NCBI GenBank assembly: GCA_046758365.1
Contig: JBHIAC010000030.1
Span: 1-26,262, forward strand
Origin: a bacterium
GTDB lineage: Bacteria > Zhuqueibacterota > Zhuqueibacteria > Oceanimicrobiales > Oceanimicrobiaceae
Direction: 5' to 3'
DNA: 26,262 nt
Both the position numbers and the translations under genes were made by a program. This document shows, in pieces, positions 18,214-26,262 of the stretch. The notes below the pieces were generated by a model. That model saw only the letters and a program-made list of their open reading frames with translations, ran no database searches and was not told where the DNA came from. Every line of letters starts with the position of its first letter. The stretch's first letter is position 1.

Positions 18214-18657
18214 ATGAAAATAATATTAAGGAAAGAATTCAAACCACTTGGTAACATTGGTGACATTGTAGAAGTTAAAGATGGTTACGCTCGAAATTAT
18301 CTTATTCCTTCTCAAATCGCTCTCCAAGCTACTCCACAAAATTTGAAATTATTTGAAGAGGAAGAAAAGCGAGTACAAATTAAGGAGTCTAAGGATAAAA
18401 GAACTGCCGAGCAGTTGGCTAAACAGCTTGAAGAAATATCTTTAACTGCTACTGTAGCTGTAGGAGAAGAGGATAAAGTGTTCGGGGCTGTTACCTCTCA
18501 AAATGTTGCAGAACTTTTAAAAGCAAAAGGATTTAATATAGATCGAAGAAAGATTCAACTTGATGAACCTTTGAAAGCTTTGGGAATATATGAAGTTCCT
18601 ATAAAACTACACAGTGAGATTGAAGCAAAAATAAAAGTGTGGGTCGTTAAAGAGTAA
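18214..18657 (+). CDS. rplI: 50S ribosomal protein L9
   Basis: MKIIL...LG..GDIVEVKDGYARNYLIP, KVFGAVT, PLKALGIYEVPIKLH. Confidence 0.97.
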   Translation: MKIILRKEFKPLGNIGDIVEVKDGYARNYLIPSQIALQATPQNLKLFEEEEKRVQIKESKDKRTAEQLAKQLEEISLTATVAVGEEDKVFGAVTSQNVAELLKAKGFNIDRRKIQLDEPLKALGIYEVPIKLHSEIEAKIKVWVVKE

Positions 18658-18798
18658 ATTCTTCCCAGAATAAAATTTTTGAGTGCTTTTCAAAAATTTA
18701 ACCTTTTTCAACTCAACACTCTTCAATTTCAAAATATTCAAAAGTGGAATATATTTCTACTTGGTTGTTTTATGGGCAAGTTTCAACACGAAAAATAG

Positions 18799-18827
18799 TT
18801 GACTTTTATAAATAATTTTGATAAATT
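18799..18827 (+). promoter_or_regulatory. Putative promoter of the two-gene hypothetical operon
   Basis: TTGACT (18799-18804), 17 bp, extended -10 TGA-TAAATT (18819-18827). Confidence 0.6.
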
Positions 18828-18920
18828 TCTGTTGTATGTAATTAAGTAGAATTCAAATTATTATTAACTGTTCTTTTACCCGCTTTTTCTACATGAAAAT
18901 CATTTTTAGGGAGATATCTG

Positions 18921-19229
18921 ATGTGTGAAGCTATTGATGATACTAGAGATACAATTGAATTAAAATTAACTCTAAATGTAATTTTAGGTAATTTAGAAGA
19001 GAGCATTGCAGAAGTTTGGAAAGATGCGATTCGAAAGCTTGACGATGAAGAGATATCTCAATTAACTTGGTTAGCTCAAAGATATCCCAGTTCAAAGTTT
19101 TCTTCCATTATGTTAAAATTTTTAATGAATAAAAGTTATCCATTTAAGGAAATGATTCTTTATCAGACGGATGAAAACTTTAAACGTAGGATGGGTATTG
19201 ACGACTTAGAAAAAGAAGAATGGTTTTAA
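18921..19229 (+). CDS. Hypothetical protein, 102 aa, acidic, probably helical
   Basis: Purine-rich RBS AGGGAGA about 6 nt before the ATG; long open frame in AT-rich DNA; no family recognised. Confidence 0.7.
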   Translation: MCEAIDDTRDTIELKLTLNVILGNLEESIAEVWKDAIRKLDDEEISQLTWLAQRYPSSKFSSIMLKFLMNKSYPFKEMILYQTDENFKRRMGIDDLEKEEWF

Positions 19230-19291
19230 CTTATAAATGACTTTGATAAAATAGATAATTTGAATATTAATGTGAGTGGAGGCTTTGGTCT

Positions 19292-19483
19292 ATGGAAAGA
19301 AAATTTCCAGAATGTCAAAAATGTACTACCGGTGTTCTAATTCCTTTGTCTGATTACGGACGTGAAGGAGCATCCATTATGTATAAAGCGTGGGTTTGCA
19401 CAAATCCCAATTGTGGATTTAATATTCGTATTGATAATGGAGAAGTAAGTTTAGGGAAAGATATAAGTCAATCATTTAAATAA
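19292..19483 (+). CDS. Small Zn-ribbon-like hypothetical protein, 63 aa
   Basis: RBS GGAGG; C-x2-C (CQKC) and C-x4-C (CTNPNC); followed by a terminator. Confidence 0.85.
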   Translation: MERKFPECQKCTTGVLIPLSDYGREGASIMYKAWVCTNPNCGFNIRIDNGEVSLGKDISQSFK

Positions 19484-19504
19484 CAATTATAACTTGATTA
19501 AAAT

Positions 19505-19547
19505 AAAATAGGGTATTAGGAAGGTTTTCCTTGTACCCTATTTTTTT
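19505..19547 (+). terminator. Rho-independent terminator
   Basis: AAAATAGGGTA-TT-AGGAA-GGTT-TTCCT-TG-TACCCTATTTT followed by further T residues. Confidence 0.85.
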
Positions 19548-19574
19548 GAAATTAGGAAAAATTATTTAGAATAG

Positions 19575-20519
19575 ATGAGCTTTAGAATTTTAAAAAATTA
19601 TAAAATAAAAATTGTGGTTGTAGTATTTGCTGTGTTTATTTGGTTTTTTGTGGTGACGGAAAATGATTATGAGTATGTAATAGAGGTACCTGTAAACTTG
19701 GTAAATATTCCCCATGATAAGGTCATTTTAAATGAGCTACCTAACAATGCTAAAGTTAAAATCAAAGGTAGTGGTAAAACACTTATAGCTTTAAGCGTTG
19801 GTCGAGGCGTGCGTCTTGATTTAGATTTATCTGACGTCGAACGCAGCAAAACATTCTTTTTAGATCCTGAAAAAGATGTATTTCTTTCCGGCTTCGCTGG
19901 TACCATCGAACCCGAAGAAATCATCTCCCCTGATTCGATATCTGTAATCCTCGATGATTTGCAAAATAAGAAAATCCTCGTGAATGCTAAAATTAAAGCA
20001 AAAACGGCCCCTGGATATACCATTGTGGGTGAAGTTAAAATAAATCCAGATTCAGTTAATATTGCTGGTCCTAAAAGCATCGTTTCTCAAATTGATAAAA
20101 TTTTTACGCAAGAAGTGGGGTATTCAGATATAAAATTTGATTTAAATGAAACTGTACCATTAGCGGCCTTACCTTCTGATAAATTAAATGCCTCGGTTAA
20201 ACAAGTTGATATTTCCTTAAATATACAAAAACTATTGGAGATTACTATCAATGAAGTGCCAGTAGAAGTTAGAAATGCACCTAAAAATACCATTGTTCAC
20301 GTGGTTCCTTCAGCTTTAAGTCTGGTACTTGAGGGGGGAGGTGATTTACTGAACAGTATTAGTCGCGATGATATCGTCGCTTATATAGATTATGCCAGAG
20401 TGAAAAATGCTCCTGGTAATGAACACCCCGCTTATATCGAAACTCCCCCTGGTATCAGTTATCGGGATGTGAAACCCAAATTATTTAAACTTGTTTTAGA
20501 GAGACGTTCTTCAAATTAA
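19575..20519 (+). CDS. YbbR/CdaR-like domain membrane-anchored protein
   Basis: N-terminal TM (KIVVVVFAVFIWFFV) and repeated beta-rich YbbR domains (APGY...GEVKINPDSVNIAGPKS; DIVAYID). Confidence 0.85.
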   Translation: MSFRILKNYKIKIVVVVFAVFIWFFVVTENDYEYVIEVPVNLVNIPHDKVILNELPNNAKVKIKGSGKTLIALSVGRGVRLDLDLSDVERSKTFFLDPEKDVFLSGFAGTIEPEEIISPDSISVILDDLQNKKILVNAKIKAKTAPGYTIVGEVKINPDSVNIAGPKSIVSQIDKIFTQEVGYSDIKFDLNETVPLAALPSDKLNASVKQVDISLNIQKLLEITINEVPVEVRNAPKNTIVHVVPSALSLVLEGGGDLLNSISRDDIVAYIDYARVKNAPGNEHPAYIETPPGISYRDVKPKLFKLVLERRSSN

Positions 20520-20564
20520 TTTATAAATCATACTAAAATCTACAGCAAACAAACACTCTATTCA

Positions 20565-21320
20565 ATGAATCATAGAGATTTTTTTTATGTGCGTCCTCAG
20601 GATGTAGCTGAAGATTTTTTAACTCTGCAAAAAGAGGAAGTTTATCATCTAATTCGCGTGCAGCGAAAAAAAATAGGTGAGGGATTTTTAGCCGTAGATG
20701 GTATAGGTACAGTTTATGATTGTCAAATTGAGGATTTGAAAAAGGATTTCCTGAAGGCAAGAATTTTAAAAAAGCGCAGAAATGTTGGGGAACCAGTCTT
20801 TCAACTAACTTTGGCTCTTTGTATCCTTAAAAAAGGACGTTTTGAATGGGTTATAGAAAAAGGAACAGAAATTGGAATATCGAAATTTATTCCTGTTCAT
20901 TCAAATAGAACTATCGTAAGTGAAAATTATAGCAAACTAAAACGTTGGGAGCGAATAGCCCTGGCGGCTATGAAGCAATGCGGTCGATCTTGCCTGCCAA
21001 CGATAGAGTCACCAAAACCAGTAGATACGGTTTGCGAAAATTGTTTAGATTATGGATTAAAGCTGATCGCTCACGAAAAAAAATCCGGACAAAATTTAGA
21101 TAATATTTTCAAAAGCTTAGATGAAAATACAAATTTAGATTATATAAAATTGGGTGTATTATTGATCGGGCCAGAAGGTGGATTTACAGATGAAGAAGTG
21201 AAGATGGCAACGGAATTTGGGTTTTCAGCATTTACGCTTGGGCCGCGTCGGATGAGGTCTGAAACGGCTGCATTGATTGGCTCGGCCTTAATACTGGATA
21301 GAATCGGGGAACTCAGATGA
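20565..21320 (+). CDS. rsmE: 16S rRNA (uracil1498-N3)-methyltransferase
   Basis: Motifs HLIRVQR, EKGTEIG, AAMKQCGR, IGPEGGF and LGPRRMRSETA. Confidence 0.95.
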   Translation: MNHRDFFYVRPQDVAEDFLTLQKEEVYHLIRVQRKKIGEGFLAVDGIGTVYDCQIEDLKKDFLKARILKKRRNVGEPVFQLTLALCILKKGRFEWVIEKGTEIGISKFIPVHSNRTIVSENYSKLKRWERIALAAMKQCGRSCLPTIESPKPVDTVCENCLDYGLKLIAHEKKSGQNLDNIFKSLDENTNLDYIKLGVLLIGPEGGFTDEEVKMATEFGFSAFTLGPRRMRSETAALIGSALILDRIGELR

Positions 21321-21376
21321 AGGATTCTTTTTGATGAATCCTGATTTAATATTTTAAAAAAAGATTGAGGTTGATT

Positions 21377-21721
21377 ATGTCACATTGTTTGTTTTGTGAG
21401 ATTATTGAGGGTAAAAGAGGTGGAAATATTATCTATAAAGATGATACTGTGATAGCATTTCGGGATATAAATCCTCAAGCCCCTGTCCATATCTTAATTG
21501 TACCTAAGAAGCATATTTCAACCATCAATGATATGCAATCAGAAGATGAATCTTTGGTTGGTAAGATGTTTTTGGCAGCAAAGGAAATCGCAGCTCAGGA
21601 GGAAATTGATCAAAAAGGATACCGTTTGGTTTTAAACTGCAATCATGAAGCCGGTCAATCAGTTTATCACCTTCATCTTCATCTTTTAGGCGGGCGATGG
21701 ATGAGATGGCCCCCGGGGTAG
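21377..21721 (+). CDS. Histidine triad nucleotide-binding protein (HinT); probable start ATG 21377
   Basis: CLFCEI, AFRDINPQAPVHILIVPKKH, AGQSVYHLHLHLLGGR..WPPG. Confidence 0.95.
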   Translation: MSHCLFCEIIEGKRGGNIIYKDDTVIAFRDINPQAPVHILIVPKKHISTINDMQSEDESLVGKMFLAAKEIAAQEEIDQKGYRLVLNCNHEAGQSVYHLHLHLLGGRWMRWPPG

Positions 21722-21778
21722 TTAAGCTGAAATCTTTATGGTGTTGAAGGTCTTGCAAAATATTTTGGTAAATTTTTC

Positions 21779-21835
21779 TTGATTTTACGTCGATATTTTT
21801 TTAAATTGTCCGACATATTTTTTAAAATTTATAAT
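21779..21835 (+). promoter_or_regulatory. Putative tandem promoters for rpsU-yqeY
   Basis: TTGATT (21779-21784)-17-TAAATT (21802-21807); TTGTCC (21806-21811)-18-TATAAT (21830-21835). Confidence 0.5.
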
Positions 21836-21876
21836 CTATCTACGGTTAGTTTAGAACAAAAGGAGGTATTAACTGC

Positions 21877-22074
21877 ATGCCAAGTGTTAAAGTTCGGGAA
21901 GGAGAAAGTTTCGAAAAAGCCCTAAGAAGGTTTACCAAAGCATGTGAAAAAGCAGGCATATTATCTGATTATAGAAAACATCAGCATTTCGAAAAACCCA
22001 GCGAACGAAAAAAAAGAAAATTGAAAGCTGCCATAAGAAAACAACGAAGAATGATGATGTTTGAAAATTACTAA
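21877..22074 (+). CDS. rpsU: 30S ribosomal protein S21
   Basis: [23 protein letters not shown]....[20 protein letters not shown]. Confidence 0.97.
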   Translation: MPSVKVREGESFEKALRRFTKACEKAGILSDYRKHQHFEKPSERKKRKLKAAIRKQRRMMMFENY

Positions 22075-22123
22075 TCATCGTGTGTTTTCTAAATCTTAGA
22101 GTATAATAATAAAAAAGTAGACA

Positions 22124-22567
22124 ATGGGTTTACAAGAACAATTAATAGGAGACTTGAATGCAGCTATGAAGGCTGGCGATACGGTAAGGTTGAATACCAT
22201 AAGATTGATTCGAGCTCAGCTAAAAGATACTCAGATTGCTAAAGGTCAGAATCTCACCGAAGACGAAGAAATTTCGGTTTTGACCAACGCTGCAAAAAAA
22301 AGAAAAGAAGCTATAGAGCTCTACGAGAAAAGCGAGCGCAAGGATTTATTAGATAAAGAGAAAAGAGAGCTGGAAATAATCTCCACCTATCTACCAAAGC
22401 AGCTATCAGAAGAGGAAATAGAAAAAATTGTCAATCAGCTTATTGAGGAAGTTGGAGCAGAAACTTTAAAAGATATTGGCAAAGTTATGCCGCTTGCTAT
22501 GAGACAACTCAAAGGAAAGGCCGACGGTAAATTGGTTCAGGAAATTGTACGTAAAAGATTGAGTTAA
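22124..22567 (+). CDS. GatB/YqeY domain-containing protein
   Basis: DL.AAMKAGD..RL..IR, KKRKEAIE.Y, YLPKQLSEEE, IGKVM, GKADG; rpsU-yqeY synteny. Confidence 0.95.
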   Translation: MGLQEQLIGDLNAAMKAGDTVRLNTIRLIRAQLKDTQIAKGQNLTEDEEISVLTNAAKKRKEAIELYEKSERKDLLDKEKRELEIISTYLPKQLSEEEIEKIVNQLIEEVGAETLKDIGKVMPLAMRQLKGKADGKLVQEIVRKRLS

Positions 22568-22693
22568 GTAATTCCCTCTAAAGTAATTAGTTGACCTCAA
22601 AATCTCTCACAAATTTATTTTTATAAAACTTCATCCCTCCACAGCGCTTATCTCAATACTTATTTTGAAAATATTTTTTAACTTTAAAATCTC

Positions 22694-22722
22694 TTGCGAA
22701 TTTAATGGATATTTAATAACTT
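22694..22722 (+). promoter_or_regulatory. Putative promoter for cvpA-mutS2
   Basis: TTGCGA (22694-22699), 17 bp, TAACTT (22717-22722). Confidence 0.45.
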
Positions 22723-22739
22723 TAATTTAGTAAAATTCA

Positions 22740-22843
22740 TAACGTAGGTGCAAAAAGGTAGATAGCGAAAATTCTTAAGTTGTAAAGGATGTTGGATAGA
22801 ACTACCACGTTCTAAGTGATGTGTGTGCAAAGCACCTACGTCA
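22740..22843. mobile_element. Miniature inverted-repeat element (MITE-like), copy 2, 104 bp
   Basis: Terminal inverted repeats TAACGTAGGTGC / GCACCTACGTCA (11/12 match), flanked by direct repeat TTCA (22736-22739 and 22844-22847). The first 61 bp match the reverse complement of 10829-10889 at 54/61. Confidence 0.78.
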
Positions 22844-22883
22844 TTCATGTCGTTGAATTTTGACTATTTTTGATCTATTTCAA

Positions 22884-23504
22884 ATGAATTACTTAGACCT
22901 CATAATCGTGCTCGTGGTCGGCTTTTTTGTTATTAAAGGTCTTTTCCGTGGCTTTTTCCAGGAAGTTTTGGGATTAGTAGGTCTTTTGTTTGCTCTCATC
23001 CTTGCTACCAAATATATGAGCAATGCTGCAGTATGGGTCGATAAATTTTTAAACATACCTCCCGCTCTGGCTACCATTCTTGCATTTCTCCTCATTTTCT
23101 TTGGAATTATTTTTGGCTTTCAACTACTAACTCATCTTTTACAAAAAATTACCAGGGTTTCTTTTTTAGGATGGCTCGAGAAATTAGCTGGCGGAATTGT
23201 GGGCTTTCTCAAAGGGGCTACTATTGTAAGCCTATTAATTTTGTTTATTTCTATGATTCCTTTTGCACAGAAACTAATTCCAGGCCGTGCCGACTCCAAA
23301 TTATTTGAGCCTACAAAAACCTTTGCTCCAAAGGTGTTTAATCTTCTAATGGAAGTAATCCCGGGCTCTAAAACATTTTATTCAGAATTAAAAGAAAGTT
23401 TAGAGAAATTTTCTCCCGAACATTTAGGGAAAAATACCCAAAATTTATTAAATTCTTTTCAAGATCAAAACCAACCTTCAGACAATAAATCAAAGGATGA
23501 CTAA
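22884..23504 (+). CDS. cvpA: CvpA family membrane protein (probable start ATG 22884)
   Basis: MNYLDLII......IKGLFRGFFQEV; WLEKLAGGIVGFLKG; four hydrophobic segments; lies upstream of mutS2. Confidence 0.9.
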   Translation: MNYLDLIIVLVVGFFVIKGLFRGFFQEVLGLVGLLFALILATKYMSNAAVWVDKFLNIPPALATILAFLLIFFGIIFGFQLLTHLLQKITRVSFLGWLEKLAGGIVGFLKGATIVSLLILFISMIPFAQKLIPGRADSKLFEPTKTFAPKVFNLLMEVIPGSKTFYSELKESLEKFSPEHLGKNTQNLLNSFQDQNQPSDNKSKDD

Positions 23505-25881
23505 TCTCGCTGAGCTTTACACTCTTTTAGAGTTTGACAAAATATTGTCTTATTTAGTGCAGTTTGCTATTTCTTCCATGGGAAAAGAAAAGATAGAGCA
23601 AATTGTATTTATGACCAATAAAGATGAAATAGAAATAGCATTGAAAGAAGTGTCAGAACTCAAAGCAATTTTGGATTACGATGACACTTTTCCATTGGAC
23701 CCAATTTGGGATCTTAGAAAAGCTTTGGAAATTGCCGGTATTGAGGGAAATTATCTTGATGCCGAAACATTAGTTCGAATTTCGCAAACATTGACCACGA
23801 GTTGGCGAGTCCACTCTTATCTTCAAAAAAGGTCTGAAAAATATCCCCATTTATGGGCTCATACTAAAAAGATTAAAAATTTCAAAAACATTGAAAAAGA
23901 AATACGTGCTGCTCTCGATTTTCAAACTTTTGAAGTCAAAGATTCTGCCAGTCCAGAACTTAATCGAATTCGCAAAGAGATTTCACGAGCCGAACAAAAT
24001 GCTCGCAAGGTAGTTGAAAGTCTGTTCAAAACTTACTCTAAAAAAGGCTATCTTCAAGAGGAGTTGATTACTATAAGAGAGGGCCGATTGGTTCTTCCTG
24101 TAAAATCGGAGCACAAAGACAAAGTCAAGGGTTTAGTGCACGACCATTCCTCAAGTGGAGCGACATTTTTTATTGAGCCTTTTCAATCTGTTGAATTGAA
24201 CAATCAAATTAGAGGGCTTAGGGGTGAAGAAGCGCAGGAAGTGGTGCGCATCCTTAGAAATTTAACTGGCTTTATTCGTGATGAGTTAGAAAATATTTCT
24301 CAAAATTTAGGCGTTTTGGCTCATTTAGATTTTATTCAAGCAAAAGCGCGATTTTCTCAAATATTGGAATGCCATTCTCCCGCATTAAATGAGAATAATA
24401 TTATTGAAATCTTTAAGGCAAAGCATCCCCTGCTTATGCTTCGTAAAGATGTTCAAGAAAAAGTAGTGCCGCTGGATTTAAAAATGGGTGAAGATTATCA
24501 CACATTAGTGATAACGGGACCAAATGCTGGTGGTAAAACGGTAGCCTTAAAGACCGTAGGCCTTTTTGCTCTTATGGTGCAAACAGGTCTACCTATCCCC
24601 GCCGATCCTGATTCAAAAATACCGATTTTCGAGAACATTTTTGCCGACATTGGCGATTTACAATCTATCGAACAAAATCTTTCTACCTTCACTTCTCACA
24701 TGAAGAGAATTCAAAACATTTTAGAAAATGCCCACAGCAAAAGCTTAGTTCTTGTGGACGAAATTGGTGTTGGAACGGATCCTGAAGAGGGGGCGGCTTT
24801 AGCTATGGCCTTTTTAGAGAATTTAACCCAAAGAGGAAGCATAACGATTGTCACAACCCACCAAAGTACACTCAAAGCATTCGCTTACGAAAGATCGGGT
24901 GTTGAGAATGGTTCTATGGAATTTGATGTAGAAACATTACGACCTACGTACAAATTTCAATTGGGTATTCCCGGGTCGAGTTATGCTATTGAAATTGCAA
25001 AACGATTGGGAATATCTGATGGAATTCTCTCTCGTTCTCGCGAATTGGTGGGAATTGAAAAAGGAAATTTTGAACGCCTTCTTTTGGACTTGGAGAAAAA
25101 GATTCAAGAGAACGAAAAGTTGATTAAAGAGGTTAAAATTGAAAAAACCCGTTTGGAGGGTTTAACTAAGTTATACCGAGAACGGTACGAAGCGATTAAA
25201 AAGAAAGAAAATGTCCTAAAGGAAAAGGCTCTTGAGGATTCTCAAGAAATACTTAACCGGGCCAATGCTGCGGTCGAACAAGCCATAAAAGAAATTAAGG
25301 AAAAACAAGCAGCTCAAGAGGCTATTAAACGTGCCAAAAATCTTATTGAACAAGAGAAGGCCCAAATTGCTAAGACTTTAAATAAGATTGAGAGGAAGGA
25401 AAAAGATCAGGAAATCTATTCCCCGGCTCAACTACAAATAGGGGAAGAGGTGTACTGGGAAAAACAGAATACTTATGGTAAAATTGTTTCATTCGCTGAT
25501 CATTCGGATAAAGCCTTGATAGAAGTTGGTAATTTAAAATTTTGGGTGCCCATTTCAGAGCTTTCTTTAAGAAAAAAGAAGATGCAAGATTCAATTCGTC
25601 CATCGCAAGTGAAAATTCAGACTTCCACAAAAAGTAATGTACTTCCTGAAATCGATCTCCGAGGCCAGAGACTGGATGAGGCAATTAAGGAAGTGGACAA
25701 ATTCTTAGATGACGCCTTGTTGGCCGGATGGCACCAGGTGCGCATCATTCACGGAAAGGGAACAGGAGCTTTAAGAAAAGGTATCTCTGAGTTTTTAGAA
25801 ACCCATCCCAACGTAAAAAATAAAAGACCGGGTGCTTGGAATGAAGGCGATATTGGCGTCACGGTTGTCGAGTTGGAATAG
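23497..25881 (+). CDS. mutS2: MutS2 (ribosome-collision splitting factor RqcU / Smr endonuclease)
   Basis: LEFDKI, DSASPEL, GLVHDHSSSGATFFIEP, ITGPNAGGKT, IGDLQSIEQNLSTFTSHM, DEIGVGTDPEEG; coiled coil, KOW, and Smr domain (IDLRG..IIHGKGTGALR). Confidence 0.97.
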   Translation: MTNLAELYTLLEFDKILSYLVQFAISSMGKEKIEQIVFMTNKDEIEIALKEVSELKAILDYDDTFPLDPIWDLRKALEIAGIEGNYLDAETLVRISQTLTTSWRVHSYLQKRSEKYPHLWAHTKKIKNFKNIEKEIRAALDFQTFEVKDSASPELNRIRKEISRAEQNARKVVESLFKTYSKKGYLQEELITIREGRLVLPVKSEHKDKVKGLVHDHSSSGATFFIEPFQSVELNNQIRGLRGEEAQEVVRILRNLTGFIRDELENISQNLGVLAHLDFIQAKARFSQILECHSPALNENNIIEIFKAKHPLLMLRKDVQEKVVPLDLKMGEDYHTLVITGPNAGGKTVALKTVGLFALMVQTGLPIPADPDSKIPIFENIFADIGDLQSIEQNLSTFTSHMKRIQNILENAHSKSLVLVDEIGVGTDPEEGAALAMAFLENLTQRGSITIVTTHQSTLKAFAYERSGVENGSMEFDVETLRPTYKFQLGIPGSSYAIEIAKRLGISDGILSRSRELVGIEKGNFERLLLDLEKKIQENEKLIKEVKIEKTRLEGLTKLYRERYEAIKKKENVLKEKALEDSQEILNRANAAVEQAIKEIKEKQAAQEAIKRAKNLIEQEKAQIAKTLNKIERKEKDQEIYSPAQLQIGEEVYWEKQNTYGKIVSFADHSDKALIEVGNLKFWVPISELSLRKKKMQDSIRPSQVKIQTSTKSNVLPEIDLRGQRLDEAIKEVDKFLDDALLAGWHQVRIIHGKGTGALRKGISEFLETHPNVKNKRPGAWNEGDIGVTVVELE

Positions 25882-25974
25882 ATTTTTAAATCATGTTATG
25901 TTGCGTACATGTTTCAGACAAATTAGGTTTATAGAAGCATTCATCACAAAACAATTCATAACTAAATTTCGCTA

Positions 25975-26003
25975 TTGACTTTGTAAAAAAATTTTACTAA
26001 ATT
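25975..26003 (+). promoter_or_regulatory. Putative promoter for the right-edge ORF
   Basis: TTGACT (25975-25980), 17 bp, TAAATT (25998-26003). Confidence 0.6.
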
Positions 26004-26029
26004 GTTACTTAAAGTCGACAGGTGTAAAA

Positions 26030-26262
26030 GTGAATAAAGCGCTTTTAAATGAGTTGTTGCAAAATTATCGGATTGAAACACTGGAACAACACCTTATTTA
26101 TGCGTTTCTAAATAATTCTAATTTAGACTATTTAGCAAATCCCATTCTAAAATGTTACTTTGAAAACTTCGAGATTAACCCAAAACTGTACTTAGATGCT
26201 GAAACGTTAAAACTAACTTCTCTCAAAGAACTTGAAAACTATCTAGAGTTACTAATTCCTAA
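26030..26262 (+). CDS. Partial CDS (5' end, 77 codons, runs off the window); possibly the N-terminus of an N6-adenine DNA methyltransferase
   Basis: GTG start after AGGTG. Open frame MNKALLNELLQNYRIETLEQHLIYAFL...LKELENYLELLIP; not in the ORF track. The product guess is only a loose resemblance, and no catalytic motif lies inside the window. Confidence 0.6.
   Translation, partial: MNKALLNELLQNYRIETLEQHLIYAFLNNSNLDYLANPILKCYFENFEINPKLYLDAETLKLTSLKELENYLELLIP

Noticed and set aside
18660..18790. Multiple TTCAA pentamers and weak AT-rich hairpins after rplI
   Set aside because: Irregular spacing and expected in AT-rich DNA; no repeat-spacer structure.
22797..22814. GAAC-N6-GTTC palindrome upstream of cvpA-mutS2 as a possible LexA box
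   Set aside because: The Gram-positive-type SOS box has N4 spacing, and this palindrome lies inside the MITE.
25890..25965. ATGTTAT and ATTCAT words matching the MITE flanking repeats, plus a GTTATG/CATAAC inverted pair
   Set aside because: No TIR core (GACGTAGGTGC) is present; 6-7-mers are uninformative at this AT content.
1..26262. CRISPR array, rRNA, integrase or transposase, prophage genes
   Set aside because: None seen in the window.

Overview
AT-rich bacterial chromosomal segment from a Gram-negative (lpxH present). Gene order and protein style suggest an FCB-group or KSB1/Calditrichota-like lineage; this is inference. Left part: the 3' end of a modC-like ABC ATPase gene and an MrfA/YprA/SftH-type DUF1998 helicase. 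Next comes a decayed minus-strand accessory block (3062-7669) holding toxin-antitoxin fragments, a pRiA4b ORF3-like gene, and a GC-rich sugar-phosphate cassette (lsrF, truncated epimerase, aldolase/SDR fusion). The rest is mostly housekeeping: PBP1A, lpxH, ispE-spoVG-tRNA-Gln-prs-rplY-pth-hppA-rpsF-ssb-rpsR-rplI, cdaR-like, rsmE, HIT, rpsU, yqeY, cvpA, mutS2, and a partial ORF at the right edge. Main signals not explained by the ORF track: (1) two related miniature inverted-repeat elements with flanking direct repeats (10728-10889 and 22740-22843); (2) a membrane pyrophosphatase with gate glutamates at both the Na+-type and H+-type positions; (3) a self-contained two-gene operon of unknown function that includes a Zn-ribbon microprotein; (4) several deletion scars; (5) a recurrent TTG-N3-N17-TAAATT promoter signature. 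All family assignments come from motif recognition, not database searches.
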